IMG/VR virus record: IMGVR_UViG_3300030061_000976
Span: 1 to 52,788 of that record
Direction: 5' to 3' (one strand)
DNA length: 52,788 nt
Source: a virus
Taxonomy: Duplodnaviria; Caudoviricetes
Made by a program: the position numbers and the translations under genes. The notes below the pieces were generated by a model that was given only the letters and a program-made list of their open reading frames with translations, was not told the origin of the DNA and did no database searches. This document shows, piece by piece, positions 33,923 through 43,728 of this stretch (position 1 is its first letter; every line of letters starts with the position of its first letter).

Positions 33923-35146
33923 ATGTCCGATGCTACAGAAGTCCGGGAGGCTGTTGAGTCAATTGGTAAGGCATTTGAAGAGTTCAAATCCACCAACGAC
34001 GAGCGCCTCGCCGGTATTGAGAAGAAGGGTGCTTCTGATACGCTAGTTGATGAAAAGCTAGATCGTATTGAGAAGTCACTTGATTCGCTGGAAGATATGA
34101 ACCAGCGTCTTACTAAAGCGGCTCTTGCTGCTGACACCGTTTCCGAGCGTGTTGACGAAATGGAAACTGCACTCAAGCGTCCAGAGGTCGGTCTTGAATC
34201 CAAGGCGATTGATCAGCGCATGGCTGCTTATGACACCTATCTCCGTAAGGGCAAAGATGCTCTTGATGAGATGGAAGTCAAAGTGCTTACCGTATCCAAT
34301 GATACGGGCGGCGGCTACCTTGCTCCTCCTGAGTATGTGGCAGAAATCGTTAAGAAGGTTACGGAAATCTCCCCTGTTCGCTCAGCGGCCCGTATTCGTC
34401 AGACTTCTGCTCGTAGTGTCCAAGTTCCTAGTCGCACAGGGCAGTTCGCTGCCCAGTGGGTTGCAGAAGTTGGTACTCGCTCAGAAACCACGGGTCTCAC
34501 CTATGGAATGGAAGAAATCAGCGCACACGAACAGTATGCACTGGTGGATATCTCTGAGCAGGAAGTAGAAGATTCTGCGTTCAACATGGAATCGGAACTT
34601 TCCACGGAGTTTGCCGAGCAGTTTGCTAAAGCTGAAGGCACTGCCTTTGTCAATGGTACCGCTGCAGGTCAGCCTGAAGGCTTCATGGTCAACGCTTCGG
34701 TTGCAGAGACCAATTCTGGAAACGGAACGGCATTACTTGCAAACGGCCTAATTGACCTGTATTCCGGAGTCAAAACAGAATATGCCCGCAACGGCATCTT
34801 TATGTTTAATCGCTCGACTCTTGGCGCAATCCGTAAGCTGGTAGACTCAAATGGTTCCTATGTGTTCCAAGCCGGGTTTAGCTTGCAAGCGGGCGTCCCT
34901 AATACGATCTTGGGACAGCCTTATGTCGAGGCACCGGACATGGCCGACGTTGGTGCGGGCGCTTTTCCCGTAGCTTTCGGTGATTTCAACCGAGCCTACA
35001 TGATTATTGACCGTATTCAGCTTGCAATTCTGCGTGATCCTTTCACTCAGGCTACAAGCGGAACGATTCGCTACATTGCGCGTCGTCGGGTCGGTGGTCA
35101 AGTCGTGCTTGCGGAAGCTATCCGTAAGCAAAAAGTCTCAGCATAA
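33923..35146 (+). CDS. HK97-family major capsid protein
   Basis: Coiled-coil delta domain; GGYLAP, EG.AFVNG....QP.G, FGDF..AY.I.DR, RRRVGG. Confidence 0.95.
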   Translation: MSDATEVREAVESIGKAFEEFKSTNDERLAGIEKKGASDTLVDEKLDRIEKSLDSLEDMNQRLTKAALAADTVSERVDEMETALKRPEVGLESKAIDQRMAAYDTYLRKGKDALDEMEVKVLTVSNDTGGGYLAPPEYVAEIVKKVTEISPVRSAARIRQTSARSVQVPSRTGQFAAQWVAEVGTRSETTGLTYGMEEISAHEQYALVDISEQEVEDSAFNMESELSTEFAEQFAKAEGTAFVNGTAAGQPEGFMVNASVAETNSGNGTALLANGLIDLYSGVKTEYARNGIFMFNRSTLGAIRKLVDSNGSYVFQAGFSLQAGVPNTILGQPYVEAPDMADVGAGAFPVAFGDFNRAYMIIDRIQLAILRDPFTQATSGTIRYIARRRVGGQVVLAEAIRKQKVSA

Positions 35147-35160
35147 GGAGGGCTTAGAAA

Positions 35161-35622
35161 ATGACCTATGATCTAGCTAATAGCCTTTCAGCAACTCAGT
35201 TGCTTGATCCGGCTACGAGTACGGCAACAGTGACAAGTGCAACGCTTGATCGAAACTTCACTATTGGGGCAGCAATGTTGATGCTCACGATGGGTGAAAG
35301 TGGAGACACGCTTTCCAGTTCCGTCAAATGGGATATCTCTATTCAGGATTCCCCAGATGACTCAACTTGGACAAACGTGACAAGCTCCTCGCGTGTGTCA
35401 TATGCCGCTGTAGATTCCAGTGGAATTTACGCTACTGTTGATGCTGCCGCTGAAGATGACGCTGTTTACCCGATTGGGTACACGGGGCCAGAGCGGTATG
35501 TTCGTATTGTCTGCACGAAAACAGGCACTCACAGCAACGGAACGCCGATTGGCATTCTTGCGTTGACGAACAACATCCACAAGCCTAGCGGAAGTTCTGA
35601 TAACGGAACATCCACTGGTTAA
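35161..35622 (+). CDS. Probable capsid decoration protein
   Basis: Follows MCP; beta-rich; IQDSPD...W..V and GY.G..RYVR. Confidence 0.6.
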   Translation: MTYDLANSLSATQLLDPATSTATVTSATLDRNFTIGAAMLMLTMGESGDTLSSSVKWDISIQDSPDDSTWTNVTSSSRVSYAAVDSSGIYATVDAAAEDDAVYPIGYTGPERYVRIVCTKTGTHSNGTPIGILALTNNIHKPSGSSDNGTSTG

Positions 35623-35629
35623 ATAGGTT

Positions 35630-35663
35630 GGGGGCGGGTTAACGCTCGTCCCCTTCTTTATTT
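35630..35663 (+). terminator. Intrinsic terminator after the capsid genes
   Basis: GGGGGCGGGT-TAAC-GCTCGTCCCC followed by a T-rich tract. Confidence 0.65.
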
Positions 35664-35678
35664 ATTGGGAGATTTAAG

Positions 35679-35888
35679 ATGAAGATTGTAATGAAGCAAT
35701 CGACTAGAGGTTCCTCAAACCTTCACGGCACAGAGACCATGATGTATGAGGCGGCAGTTGAGTATGATATGTCTGCGCCTTGGCAAGCTGAGATCGGTCA
35801 GGTTTTTATTGATAATGATCTAGCGGACTCTGTTTCTGAAAAGAAAAAAGTTGCGCCTAAGAAACGCACCGCTAAGAAGTCAGATTGA
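35679..35888 (+). CDS. Small head-associated protein
   Basis: GGAGA RBS; Lys-rich tail; position between capsid and connector genes. Confidence 0.6.
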   Translation: MKIVMKQSTRGSSNLHGTETMMYEAAVEYDMSAPWQAEIGQVFIDNDLADSVSEKKKVAPKKRTAKKSD

Positions 35889-35897
35889 TAACGTTCT

Positions 35898-36560
35898 ATG
35901 TCAGGGGTTACTGTCCACACAGCGGAAACGGCTGATCTTATCTCTTTAAATGAGGTAAAGGATCAGCTACGCATCGCAAATAGCGATAGCACCCACAATA
36001 CTATTTTGGGCGTTTGTCAATCAGCGGCCACTGAGATCGCAAAAAACTATTTGCAGCGGTCTCTCGTCAACCGGACGCTTATTCTGTTTCTTGATAATAT
36101 ACCCTATGCTGATGATGTGCTGCCTGATATTGAAGGCATTACAACCGGGCCTTATCTTACTTACCGAAAGAGAGAGGTAAGGCTTCCATTCTCTCCGCTT
36201 GGCAGTGTATCTCACGTTAAGACTTACGATGATGATGATACCGCTTCAACGCTGGCCACATCTAAATACTATGTGGATACAGCGGGAGATATGGGCCGTG
36301 TGGTACTTAGAACAGGCGAGACTTGGCCCGACATGCTTCGAGTGGCCAATGCCCTTGAAATCAAGTATGTGGCCGGTTATGGCAGTGCAGCAAGTTCTGT
36401 TCCTGACCCAATACGTCAAGGCGCACTTGTTATGGCGGCTCACTTGTTTGAAAATCCAGACTTGGTAGTGAAAGGGGAGGGCGTGGCCATTGTGCCATCC
36501 CTTGTTGCAGCTTGCTGGAATCCATATAGGATTTCGCGCTTTGGGGTGGGGTATGGCTGA
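35898..36560 (+). CDS. Head-tail connector (gp6-like)
   Basis: SLNEVKDQLRI, YVAGYG...VP..IRQ....AAHLFEN. Confidence 0.85.
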   Translation: MSGVTVHTAETADLISLNEVKDQLRIANSDSTHNTILGVCQSAATEIAKNYLQRSLVNRTLILFLDNIPYADDVLPDIEGITTGPYLTYRKREVRLPFSPLGSVSHVKTYDDDDTASTLATSKYYVDTAGDMGRVVLRTGETWPDMLRVANALEIKYVAGYGSAASSVPDPIRQGALVMAAHLFENPDLVVKGEGVAIVPSLVAACWNPYRISRFGVGYG

Positions 36561-36934
36561 TGGCAAAGACACCCTATGCCGGCAACTTACGTCATTCGGT
36601 AAATCTACAGTCGCGAAGTGCTAGTACGGATACGGGCGGCGGGTTCACATCAAGCTGGTCTACAACTAGGTCCGTTTTTGCTGATATTGTTCCTGTTTCC
36701 GGTAATCAGTCTTTTTCTGATGGCGCTACTAGGCACGATATCACTCATGATGTTTATATACGTTATTATGCGAACCTCAACTTCAGCGCTGGCGGCGCTA
36801 AGATGCGCTTGCAGTGGAATGACTCAGGTACAACGCGCACATTTTCCATAAGATCAGTGCTAAACATGGGAACGCGAGACAGGTTCCTACAGTTGCGATG
36901 CACGGAGGGTGGGATCAATGACGCTACGGCTTAA
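36560..36934 (+). CDS. Head closure protein (SPP1 gp16-like)
   Basis: GNLRHSV.LQ....D.GGG....W, TH.V.IRY, L.L.C.E. Confidence 0.85.
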   Translation: MAKTPYAGNLRHSVNLQSRSASTDTGGGFTSSWSTTRSVFADIVPVSGNQSFSDGATRHDITHDVYIRYYANLNFSAGGAKMRLQWNDSGTTRTFSIRSVLNMGTRDRFLQLRCTEGGINDATA

Positions 36935-37358
36935 AGTGGTTAATAAGGCGGATTTTGACGCTTCACTTGAGAGGCAATCAAGGGCAGTTCTAAATAATCT
37001 TAAGGCAGCGGTTCGAGTTGCGGGTAACGAAACGCGCAATGAAGCTATAACAAGCATATTGCAGAATCCTCGTTCTGGTCCGCAATCAACACGATATAAC
37101 CCCAAAAGAACCATCAATGTTTCGGCTCCCGGTGATGCGCCAGCGGGTGATACGGGGTTCTTGGCTAATAACATACACCTAGTCTTTGATGGGGATGCTA
37201 TGGGCGCTGATGTGGAGAGCAGGGCTGATTATTCCGCTGCATTAGAGTTCGGCACTCGTAATATGGCAGCTAGACCTTTCCTACAGCCCGCCCTTGAACA
37301 GGGCAGGGCTAAATATAAACGCTTGTTCTCTAAGGCCGTGAAAGATGGGATCAAATGA
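36918..37358 (+). CDS. HK97 gp10-like neck/tail completion protein
   Basis: SAPGDAPA.DTG.L, LEFGT.NMAARPFLQPA. Confidence 0.85.
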   Translation: MTLRLKVVNKADFDASLERQSRAVLNNLKAAVRVAGNETRNEAITSILQNPRSGPQSTRYNPKRTINVSAPGDAPAGDTGFLANNIHLVFDGDAMGADVESRADYSAALEFGTRNMAARPFLQPALEQGRAKYKRLFSKAVKDGIK

Positions 37359-37852
37359 CTGATAAGCAAGACCCCCGTATGGGTGAGGGGCGCGATGTGT
37401 TCCGTTCCGTCTCTGGTGCATTGCGTAGGGCTGATCAGCTTGGTTGTGACGGCACACATACGCTTAAAACCCCTGACGGCAACTACTATATGCCGTGTTC
37501 AAGCCATTCTATATATCTTAGGGCCACCGGGCAGTCCAAGGCGGTGAGTGCGCGGGTTGAGTCGGCTCTTAAAGAAAAAATGAAAGAGCATAATGATGAA
37601 CACGGAGACAAAACGGGTAAACGTGTCAACATGCGTAGTCTGCGGGCAGTCTTTGAGCGCGGCGTCGGTGCTTACAGGACAAACCCTGAAAGTGTACGCA
37701 GAAATGTAAGCGGGCCTGATCAATGGGCTTATGCGAGGGTAAACGCATTTCTGTACGCCGTGCGAAACAACAGATATCGCAGTGGGCAGTTTGATAGAGA
37801 TTTATTGCCGAAAGATCACCCGCTGTATCGCGCTAAAGGTAAAGAGGATTAA
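37355..37852 (+). CDS. Two-domain protein: Cys/His module plus DUF5824-like domain
   Basis: GCDGTH...YYMPCSSH; LRAVFERG.GAY......R......QWAYARVNAF. Confidence 0.6.
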   Translation: MTDKQDPRMGEGRDVFRSVSGALRRADQLGCDGTHTLKTPDGNYYMPCSSHSIYLRATGQSKAVSARVESALKEKMKEHNDEHGDKTGKRVNMRSLRAVFERGVGAYRTNPESVRRNVSGPDQWAYARVNAFLYAVRNNRYRSGQFDRDLLPKDHPLYRAKGKED

Positions 37853-38254
37853 ATGGCCCTGCATGGCTTCACCTTACAAGAGGCACTGTATAGCCGCCTA
37901 AATGGTGATAGTGCGCTTGGAGACTTAGTTACGGGCGTTTATGACGCGGTTCCTGACGACACTGCCCTGCCTGTTGTAGTGATAGGGCCGACAACTACAT
38001 CTGACGATGGTTCTAAGACCCTTGATGCAAGGGATTATATATTCAACGTGGATGTATATTCTGATTACAGGGGCATGAAAGAGACTAAAAATATAGCTGC
38101 AAGAATATATACGCTGCTCCACGAACATGGCCTTTCCGTTAGCGGAGCAAACCTGATAGACTTGCGGTGTGAATTTTCCAGCGAGGTGCTGGAGAATGAT
38201 GGCGTAACCCGCCACGGTGTAATGCGCTTTCGGGCGTTTATCACAGACAGCTAG
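37853..38254 (+). CDS. Tail terminator (DUF3168 / GTA-like)
   Basis: LQ.ALY.RL..D..L, VYD.VP, HGVMRFRA. Confidence 0.85.
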   Translation: MALHGFTLQEALYSRLNGDSALGDLVTGVYDAVPDDTALPVVVIGPTTTSDDGSKTLDARDYIFNVDVYSDYRGMKETKNIAARIYTLLHEHGLSVSGANLIDLRCEFSSEVLENDGVTRHGVMRFRAFITDS

Positions 38255-38268
38255 AAGGAGATAACATT

Positions 38269-38685
38269 ATGGCTGCTCAAAAGGGTCGCGCATTACTGAT
38301 GAAGATAGGAAATGCTGCCTCGCCAGAGGTATTCACTACTATCGGCGGTATGCGTTCAACCTCAATTACCCTCAATGATGAGGCGGTAGATATCACTAAC
38401 AAGGACTCTACCAATGATGCTCGAAGTTTACTGGCTGCTGCTGGTGTCAAGAGCATGTCGGTATCTGGTAACGGCGTCTTCACGGATTCCGCTTCAGAGA
38501 CGACACTATACGGGAAGTGGCATGCGGCGGCTAACGCCAATTACCAGTTTCTTGTCCCTGACCTAATCACTCTTACCGGCGCGTTTATGCTTGAGACTCT
38601 TGAGTATGCGGGCGAGTACAACGGCGAAGTGACTTACAGCTTCTCGTTCCAGAGTGCTGGCGATATTACGATAGCTACGGTGTAA
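38269..38685 (+). CDS. Major tail tube protein (TP901-1/GTA family)
   Basis: MAAQKGR.LL.K, GGMRS...LN.E.VDITNKDS, LEYAGEYNGE. Confidence 0.92.
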   Translation: MAAQKGRALLMKIGNAASPEVFTTIGGMRSTSITLNDEAVDITNKDSTNDARSLLAAAGVKSMSVSGNGVFTDSASETTLYGKWHAAANANYQFLVPDLITLTGAFMLETLEYAGEYNGEVTYSFSFQSAGDITIATV

Positions 38686-38686
38686 T

Positions 38687-38941
38687 ATGGCTTGGGTTGA
38701 TAAAGAAATCGCTGTCTCAGACGAGACTGTGCAAGGAAGCATAAACGCTTCCGGCGATGTAACACGGATTGAGGTGCCGTTCGATAAAGGCATTTCAGTG
38801 GGTGATAGCGTTACAGTCGATAGCAGCGAGTATAAAATTACAAATGTCATCAATGTTGGTGGCCGTGATGAAACGCTGCAATTGGAGGTAACAAATGGCA
38901 AATCCGTTTCGCGGAGAGCTTCAAGTAAGTCTGGGGGGTAA
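38687..38941 (+). CDS. Hypothetical tail-region protein
   Basis: 84-aa beta-rich ORF between tube and chaperone genes. Confidence 0.6.
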   Translation: MAWVDKEIAVSDETVQGSINASGDVTRIEVPFDKGISVGDSVTVDSSEYKITNVINVGGRDETLQLEVTNGKSVSRRASSKSGG

Positions 38942-39266
38942 AGCCTACAAGACTAGGATGACTGTAGACGGGTGCATGCAAGCTGAATCGGCTTGCGGGA
39001 CAAGTTTGGTGCGGATAGCTACTAAACTATCAGAAGGTGATCTGACCGTCATGGACATCGCAAATGTTTTGACCCCAGCGTTTAAGGGGGGCGGTAATGA
39101 TGTTGACCAGACTAAAGTAGCTAAAATTATTTATGAGGCGGGCCTCGCGGCGGGTATGCGTGTCTGTGGGGAAATTTTAGCAAATGTTCTTATGGCTGGT
39201 AAATCAGACGATGAGGATAACGACGAAGAAGGTGTGGAAAAAAACGAACTAGAAACGACGGAATAG
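38895..39266 (+). CDS. Tail assembly chaperone (gpG-like)
   Basis: MANPFRGE; GTA-gp10-like; slippery site near the 3' end. Confidence 0.8.
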   Translation: MANPFRGELQVSLGGKAYKTRMTVDGCMQAESACGTSLVRIATKLSEGDLTVMDIANVLTPAFKGGGNDVDQTKVAKIIYEAGLAAGMRVCGEILANVLMAGKSDDEDNDEEGVEKNELETTE

Positions 39267-39469
39267 AAGAAATCCCGTGGCGTCGTTTCGTAAGTGTAGG
39301 GATAGGAATGATTGGTATACCTCCCTCAGAGTTTTGGGATATGGGTATGCCGGAATTGATGATGGCGATTGATGGTTTCTCTGAGTTCCATGGTGGTGGC
39401 GAAGATAAGAAGGATGGTCCACTAACCAGATCAGAGCTAGACGATATGATGGAAAGGTATCCTGACTGA
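39239..39469 (+). CDS. -1 frameshift extension of the tail chaperone (gpGT-like)
   Basis: A AAA AAC at 39239-39245; -1 frame open through IPWRRF...PSEFWDM...LTRSELDDMMERYPD to TGA at 39467-39469. Confidence 0.8.
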   Translation, partial: KKRTRNDGIEEIPWRRFVSVGIGMIGIPPSEFWDMGMPELMMAIDGFSEFHGGGEDKKDGPLTRSELDDMMERYPD

Positions 39470-41775
39470 TGGCTACTGTTGACACACTACTGGTTCGCAT
39501 AGAAGCGGATATGCGTGGGTTGCGCCGTGATTTGGCTAGTGTGCAGCGGCAAACTACTTCCGCTACTAACCGTATGAGTCAAGGATTTAATTCCACAAAA
39601 GCTAGCACAGTAGCTTTAGGATCGTCACTGGGGCGTTTGAAAGGTGTATTAGCGGGCCTTGGGCTTGCTGTGTTCGGAAGGTCTGTAATCAAGGCTAACG
39701 CTGAGATGGAGGACTTACGATCAACGCTTGCCGCTGTGTTCGGCACAGCAGAAAGAGGCGAGGCGGCATTTAAGTTTATCAATAACTTTGCCCAAAGAAC
39801 GCCATTTGATATTCAAACCCTTTCAAGAGCATTTATTCAACTGCGAGGCGCCGGCATTGCCCCAACGGAAAAAATGCTTACGACGCTTGGTAACGCTGCA
39901 TCTACCACCACTGATGTAGTCCGGTCATTTGAGGCAATGGTTCAATTGCTTCAAAGATCAATGAGCGGCGGTCTTGGCATTGAACAACTTGAAATACTTC
40001 AGAATGCAGGATTGCCAGTATTTGCCATCCTTGAAGAAAAGTTGAATATTACCCGCTTACAGGTAAGCGAGTTTGGTAAGACTACTGAAGGGTCTTCCAA
40101 AATGGTTCAGGCACTTATGGATCATTTTGATAACGCCGCGCCTGACGCTATGGCTCAAAGAACAGGTAATTTAAGCACTGGTCTTTCAAACCTTGGGATT
40201 GCCGCAAACAACGCTCTTTTGCAGATAGGAGATTCTGGTCTCAATGATGCGCTCAAAACAATGGTCAATGAGCTTTCATCTGTCATAACAGCATCAAAAC
40301 CAGCCCTTGAAGCGATAGGTAAGGGATTAGGAGTTGCTGTAAAGTTTTTAGCTAACAACCTTAGAACAGCAACTATAGCACTCGCGGCCTTCTTAGCCAC
40401 ACTTGTTGCAACAAAATTTGTAGTCGCCGCCGTGGCTGTAATGAAGCTGGCAAGGTCTTTTATTGCATTGGGCGCAACAATTGGGATCGTTAATAAACTT
40501 TTAAGAAGAACACCTCTTGGTTTATTAGTCGTTGGCGCATTGATTGCAGCCGATAAGTTAGGCGCCCTAGATAAAGTTTTTGAAAAACTGGGGTTTGATG
40601 TTAGCGAGACAACAGATGAATTACTTGCCGCAAACGAAAATTTAAAAAATCTTGAAGCAACAATGAACTCTGGAACTGTTGCTACTAGTAAAAACAAAGC
40701 TGGTCTTTCATCCTTCGCAGAGACCATGAAAAATTTGAAAGAAGAAACTCTTGATGCAAAGTTAGAGTTGCGAGGACTAGGCGCGGAACAAAGGGCGGCT
40801 TTCAAAGAAGGTCTTGGGTCAGGCAAAATAAAATTTATTGATGAAGGTACAGATAGAGAAGTCGTATCAATGGAGCCGGAAACGGCTACCCAAATTGATA
40901 AAATCAACGCACAAATTGAGGCAAGGGATGCGTTAAGGGCGCAGTTAGAAGAGCAAGCTAGGGCAACAGAAAACGTAAAAGGTGCCATCGCTGATCTTGT
41001 AACTGAGGAAGAAAAACTTTTACAGCTACAAGGTGATTTAAAAGCCGCTATACAGTCAGGAACCGGGGATCAAGAAAAGCTGAAAGAAGCGTTAGAAGCA
41101 ACAAGCCAAGAAATGTTTAAGCAATCAGAAGCTGGTCAAGCAGTTATGGGTGCTATAGGAACGGTAAGTGAAAGCGTTTCATCTGGTATTGCTGATGTTA
41201 TCACGAACAGCGGTAAAGGGCTAAAGAGCTTCAAAGAGATGTTCCGTGACATTACAAATCAAATTATCCAACAGCTAATAAAAACCAAGATACAAGCCGC
41301 TTTGACATCAGCGGCTCTTAGCTTAGGTGGTAGTGCGTTTGGAGGCGGCGGCGGCGGCTTTAGCTTGGGCGGCATATTCAGTGGAATTGGTAAGTTCTTT
41401 GGATTTGGCGGCGGTGGAGGAGCGGCTCCCACTAGAGCCGTATCAACTTTTGGGTTTGCAGCTACAGGTTCTTCCGCTGCGGCGGGCCAGAGTTTTCTTG
41501 TTGGTGAACGCGGGCCGGAACTGTTCACTCCACGGTCATCGGGCATGATCTCGCCTAACAACATGATGAACATAGCTATGAGTGGTGGTCAAAGACTTAA
41601 CGGCGGCGGCGGTGGGCCTAACATCACACAGAACTTCAATGTCTCAACGGGTGTTCAGCAGACTGTACGAGCCGAAGTATTAAATTTAATGCCACTAATC
41701 AAACAAGAGTCAATAAGCGCCGTTATTGATGCAAGGCAGCGCGGCGGCTCACTTGCTTCTGGGTTAGGTGCATAA
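39469..41775 (+). CDS. Tape measure protein
   Basis: LLVRIEAD, FAQRTPF, Ala-rich helices, C-terminal LVGERGPELF.P. Confidence 0.92.
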   Translation: MATVDTLLVRIEADMRGLRRDLASVQRQTTSATNRMSQGFNSTKASTVALGSSLGRLKGVLAGLGLAVFGRSVIKANAEMEDLRSTLAAVFGTAERGEAAFKFINNFAQRTPFDIQTLSRAFIQLRGAGIAPTEKMLTTLGNAASTTTDVVRSFEAMVQLLQRSMSGGLGIEQLEILQNAGLPVFAILEEKLNITRLQVSEFGKTTEGSSKMVQALMDHFDNAAPDAMAQRTGNLSTGLSNLGIAANNALLQIGDSGLNDALKTMVNELSSVITASKPALEAIGKGLGVAVKFLANNLRTATIALAAFLATLVATKFVVAAVAVMKLARSFIALGATIGIVNKLLRRTPLGLLVVGALIAADKLGALDKVFEKLGFDVSETTDELLAANENLKNLEATMNSGTVATSKNKAGLSSFAETMKNLKEETLDAKLELRGLGAEQRAAFKEGLGSGKIKFIDEGTDREVVSMEPETATQIDKINAQIEARDALRAQLEEQARATENVKGAIADLVTEEEKLLQLQGDLKAAIQSGTGDQEKLKEALEATSQEMFKQSEAGQAVMGAIGTVSESVSSGIADVITNSGKGLKSFKEMFRDITNQIIQQLIKTKIQAALTSAALSLGGSAFGGGGGGFSLGGIFSGIGKFFGFGGGGGAAPTRAVSTFGFAATGSSAAAGQSFLVGERGPELFTPRSSGMISPNNMMNIAMSGGQRLNGGGGGPNITQNFNVSTGVQQTVRAEVLNLMPLIKQESISAVIDARQRGGSLASGLGA

Positions 41776-42410
41776 TGGCCATAACGTATCCAATAACACT
41801 GCCTACTGATTCAACAGCGCAACCCACCTCTACCACCTTCCGGTTAGTGCGTATTGTTGCTCAATCGCAATCCGTTTTTACCGGGGCGCAGCAAGTCTAT
41901 CAGTATCCCGGTGAGTGGTGGGAAGCAGAGATAACGCTTCCGCCAATGAAACACGCCGTAGCAAGGGAGTGGGTGGCCGCTCTGGCATCGTTAAGGGGTC
42001 CAGTGGGCCAGATGTACCTTGGGGACTGGGATGGCCGCACAGCGCGAGGTACAGCCGCTTCAAGCGCGGGTACTCCGTTAGTCAATGGGGCTAGCCAAAC
42101 GGGAAACAGCCTTATCATTGATGGGGCTACAGCCAGCCAAACGGGATATTTAAAAAAGGGAGATTACATTCAGATAGGAAGCGGCATCACGCAACGGCTG
42201 CATATGGTCGTAGAGGACGCAAACACAGATGGCAGCGGCAACGCTACTTTGAGCATTGAACCGGCTATACGGACAAGCCCTGATAACAATACAGCTATAA
42301 CAGTCGCAAACACGAAAGGCATCTTTCGCTTGGTGGGAGATGTGGAGTGGAGCGCGAACGCTATCAGCGTTTATGGCCTTAGTTTCGCGGTGAAGGAATA
42401 CTTGCGTTGA
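41775..42410 (+). CDS. Distal tail protein-like
   Basis: Follows TMP; S.FTG.QQ....GEWW.A.ITLPP, L..GDYIQ, I.PA.R. Confidence 0.7.
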   Translation: MAITYPITLPTDSTAQPTSTTFRLVRIVAQSQSVFTGAQQVYQYPGEWWEAEITLPPMKHAVAREWVAALASLRGPVGQMYLGDWDGRTARGTAASSAGTPLVNGASQTGNSLIIDGATASQTGYLKKGDYIQIGSGITQRLHMVVEDANTDGSGNATLSIEPAIRTSPDNNTAITVANTKGIFRLVGDVEWSANAISVYGLSFAVKEYLR

Positions 42411-43309
42411 ATAGAGGGTTGGACAGCACTTATCGCGCCCTTGCTAGATCAGATTTAATTGCCCCTGCTGTTCTAGTTGAGGCGCTATTTGATAGCGGCC
42501 AGATTAGGTTTTGGACCGGATTAGGAGATTTGGTAGTTGGGGGCGTTACTTATAACGGCGCAGGGGAGCTTCTATCGATATCACCTACCTCAGAAACTCA
42601 AAATGTTAGAGCCAATGGCGCACAAATTGGTCTGACAGGTATATCTTCGGCATTGGTTTCGATTGCCTTAAATGAGCCATGCCAAGGGAGACCTGTATCC
42701 ATTAAAATGATCTTTTTACCATCAGACGCTATACCGTACATTGATTTGCAAGTGACGGTGGCATCAGGAAAATTTGTAATTGAAAAAGTTTCCCAAGATG
42801 TAATTTATGTCAATGATGGAGAAACTTATAGGTTTGATCAAAGCGATTCTTCGTTTAGTGGCCACAATTTGAGAATTTCAACTACCTCTGATGGAACCTT
42901 CACGGGCGGAAGCCAATACACAAATGGATGGACTGAGGTAGGGACGCCGGGGACAGCGGGCGCATATAATCAGTGGGTTGTTCCGGCGGGAGTGTCAGCT
43001 TCAACTCCTACTATGTATTATTATTGCCAAAACCATAGTGGCATGGGTGGAACTGTCAAAGTTACAGGGGATAGGCCGTACTTAAACCCGTTTATATTGT
43101 TTGATGGTTTTATGGATAAAATGACCATACAGGATTCAGGCGAGAAAGCGGATATCACTATAGCGTGTGAAAGCGCATTGATTGCCCTGCAAAAGGCAAA
43201 AGTTAGAAGATACACGGCTGAAGATCAGAAAATTGATAACCCATTAGATTTAGGGTTTGATTTTGTGCCAGATATACAAGACTTGGTTATCGTGTGGGGG
43301 CGCAGTTGA
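42407..43309 (+). CDS. Tail tip/hub protein with inserted cupredoxin-like domain
   Basis: R.WTG.G.L, Y.GAG.L, F.G.MD.M, RYT.EDQ....P.D.GF; insert ends YYYCQNHSGMGG. Confidence 0.75.
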   Translation: MNRGLDSTYRALARSDLIAPAVLVEALFDSGQIRFWTGLGDLVVGGVTYNGAGELLSISPTSETQNVRANGAQIGLTGISSALVSIALNEPCQGRPVSIKMIFLPSDAIPYIDLQVTVASGKFVIEKVSQDVIYVNDGETYRFDQSDSSFSGHNLRISTTSDGTFTGGSQYTNGWTEVGTPGTAGAYNQWVVPAGVSASTPTMYYYCQNHSGMGGTVKVTGDRPYLNPFILFDGFMDKMTIQDSGEKADITIACESALIALQKAKVRRYTAEDQKIDNPLDLGFDFVPDIQDLVIVWGRS

Positions 43310-43728
43310 TGCCTCTACGAATTGATAACTGGCAGATGACCTTTTCCTTAGAGCTAGAAAAGCCTCGTTATTTTCTGTGGGGTAAGGATGATTGCTGTTT
43401 GTTTGCTTGCGATATAATAAAGGCAATAACCAAGGTTGACCCTGCTTATAGCTTTCGCGGCAAATATAAGTCAGCACTAGGAGCTTACAGAGAGATAAGA
43501 AAACAAGGCTTTACGGGCGTTATGGATGTCGCTGAAAAGCGTTGTGCTGAAAACAATTGGCCGGAAATACCCATTCTAACTGCTCAACGTGGGGATGTGG
43601 TGTGCGCTCTTTTTAATAATCAAGAATCTCTAGGCATAATTACAGGTGATAGCGCCGCGTTTGTTGGCGGTGCGGGATATGTCTATATAGCTCCTGAATC
43701 TGCCCTTAAAGCGTGGAGGATCGGCTAA
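43309..43728 (+). CDS. NlpC/P60-like tail protein (DUF6950-like)
   Basis: WGKDDCCLFA, RG.Y, AQRGD, AWR. Confidence 0.75.
   Translation: MPLRIDNWQMTFSLELEKPRYFLWGKDDCCLFACDIIKAITKVDPAYSFRGKYKSALGAYREIRKQGFTGVMDVAEKRCAENNWPEIPILTAQRGDVVCALFNNQESLGIITGDSAAFVGGAGYVYIAPESALKAWRIG

Noticed and set aside
40155-40988. 277-aa antisense ORF and other shadow ORFs
   Set aside because: Lie opposite well-supported genes, with no RBS or recognisable motifs
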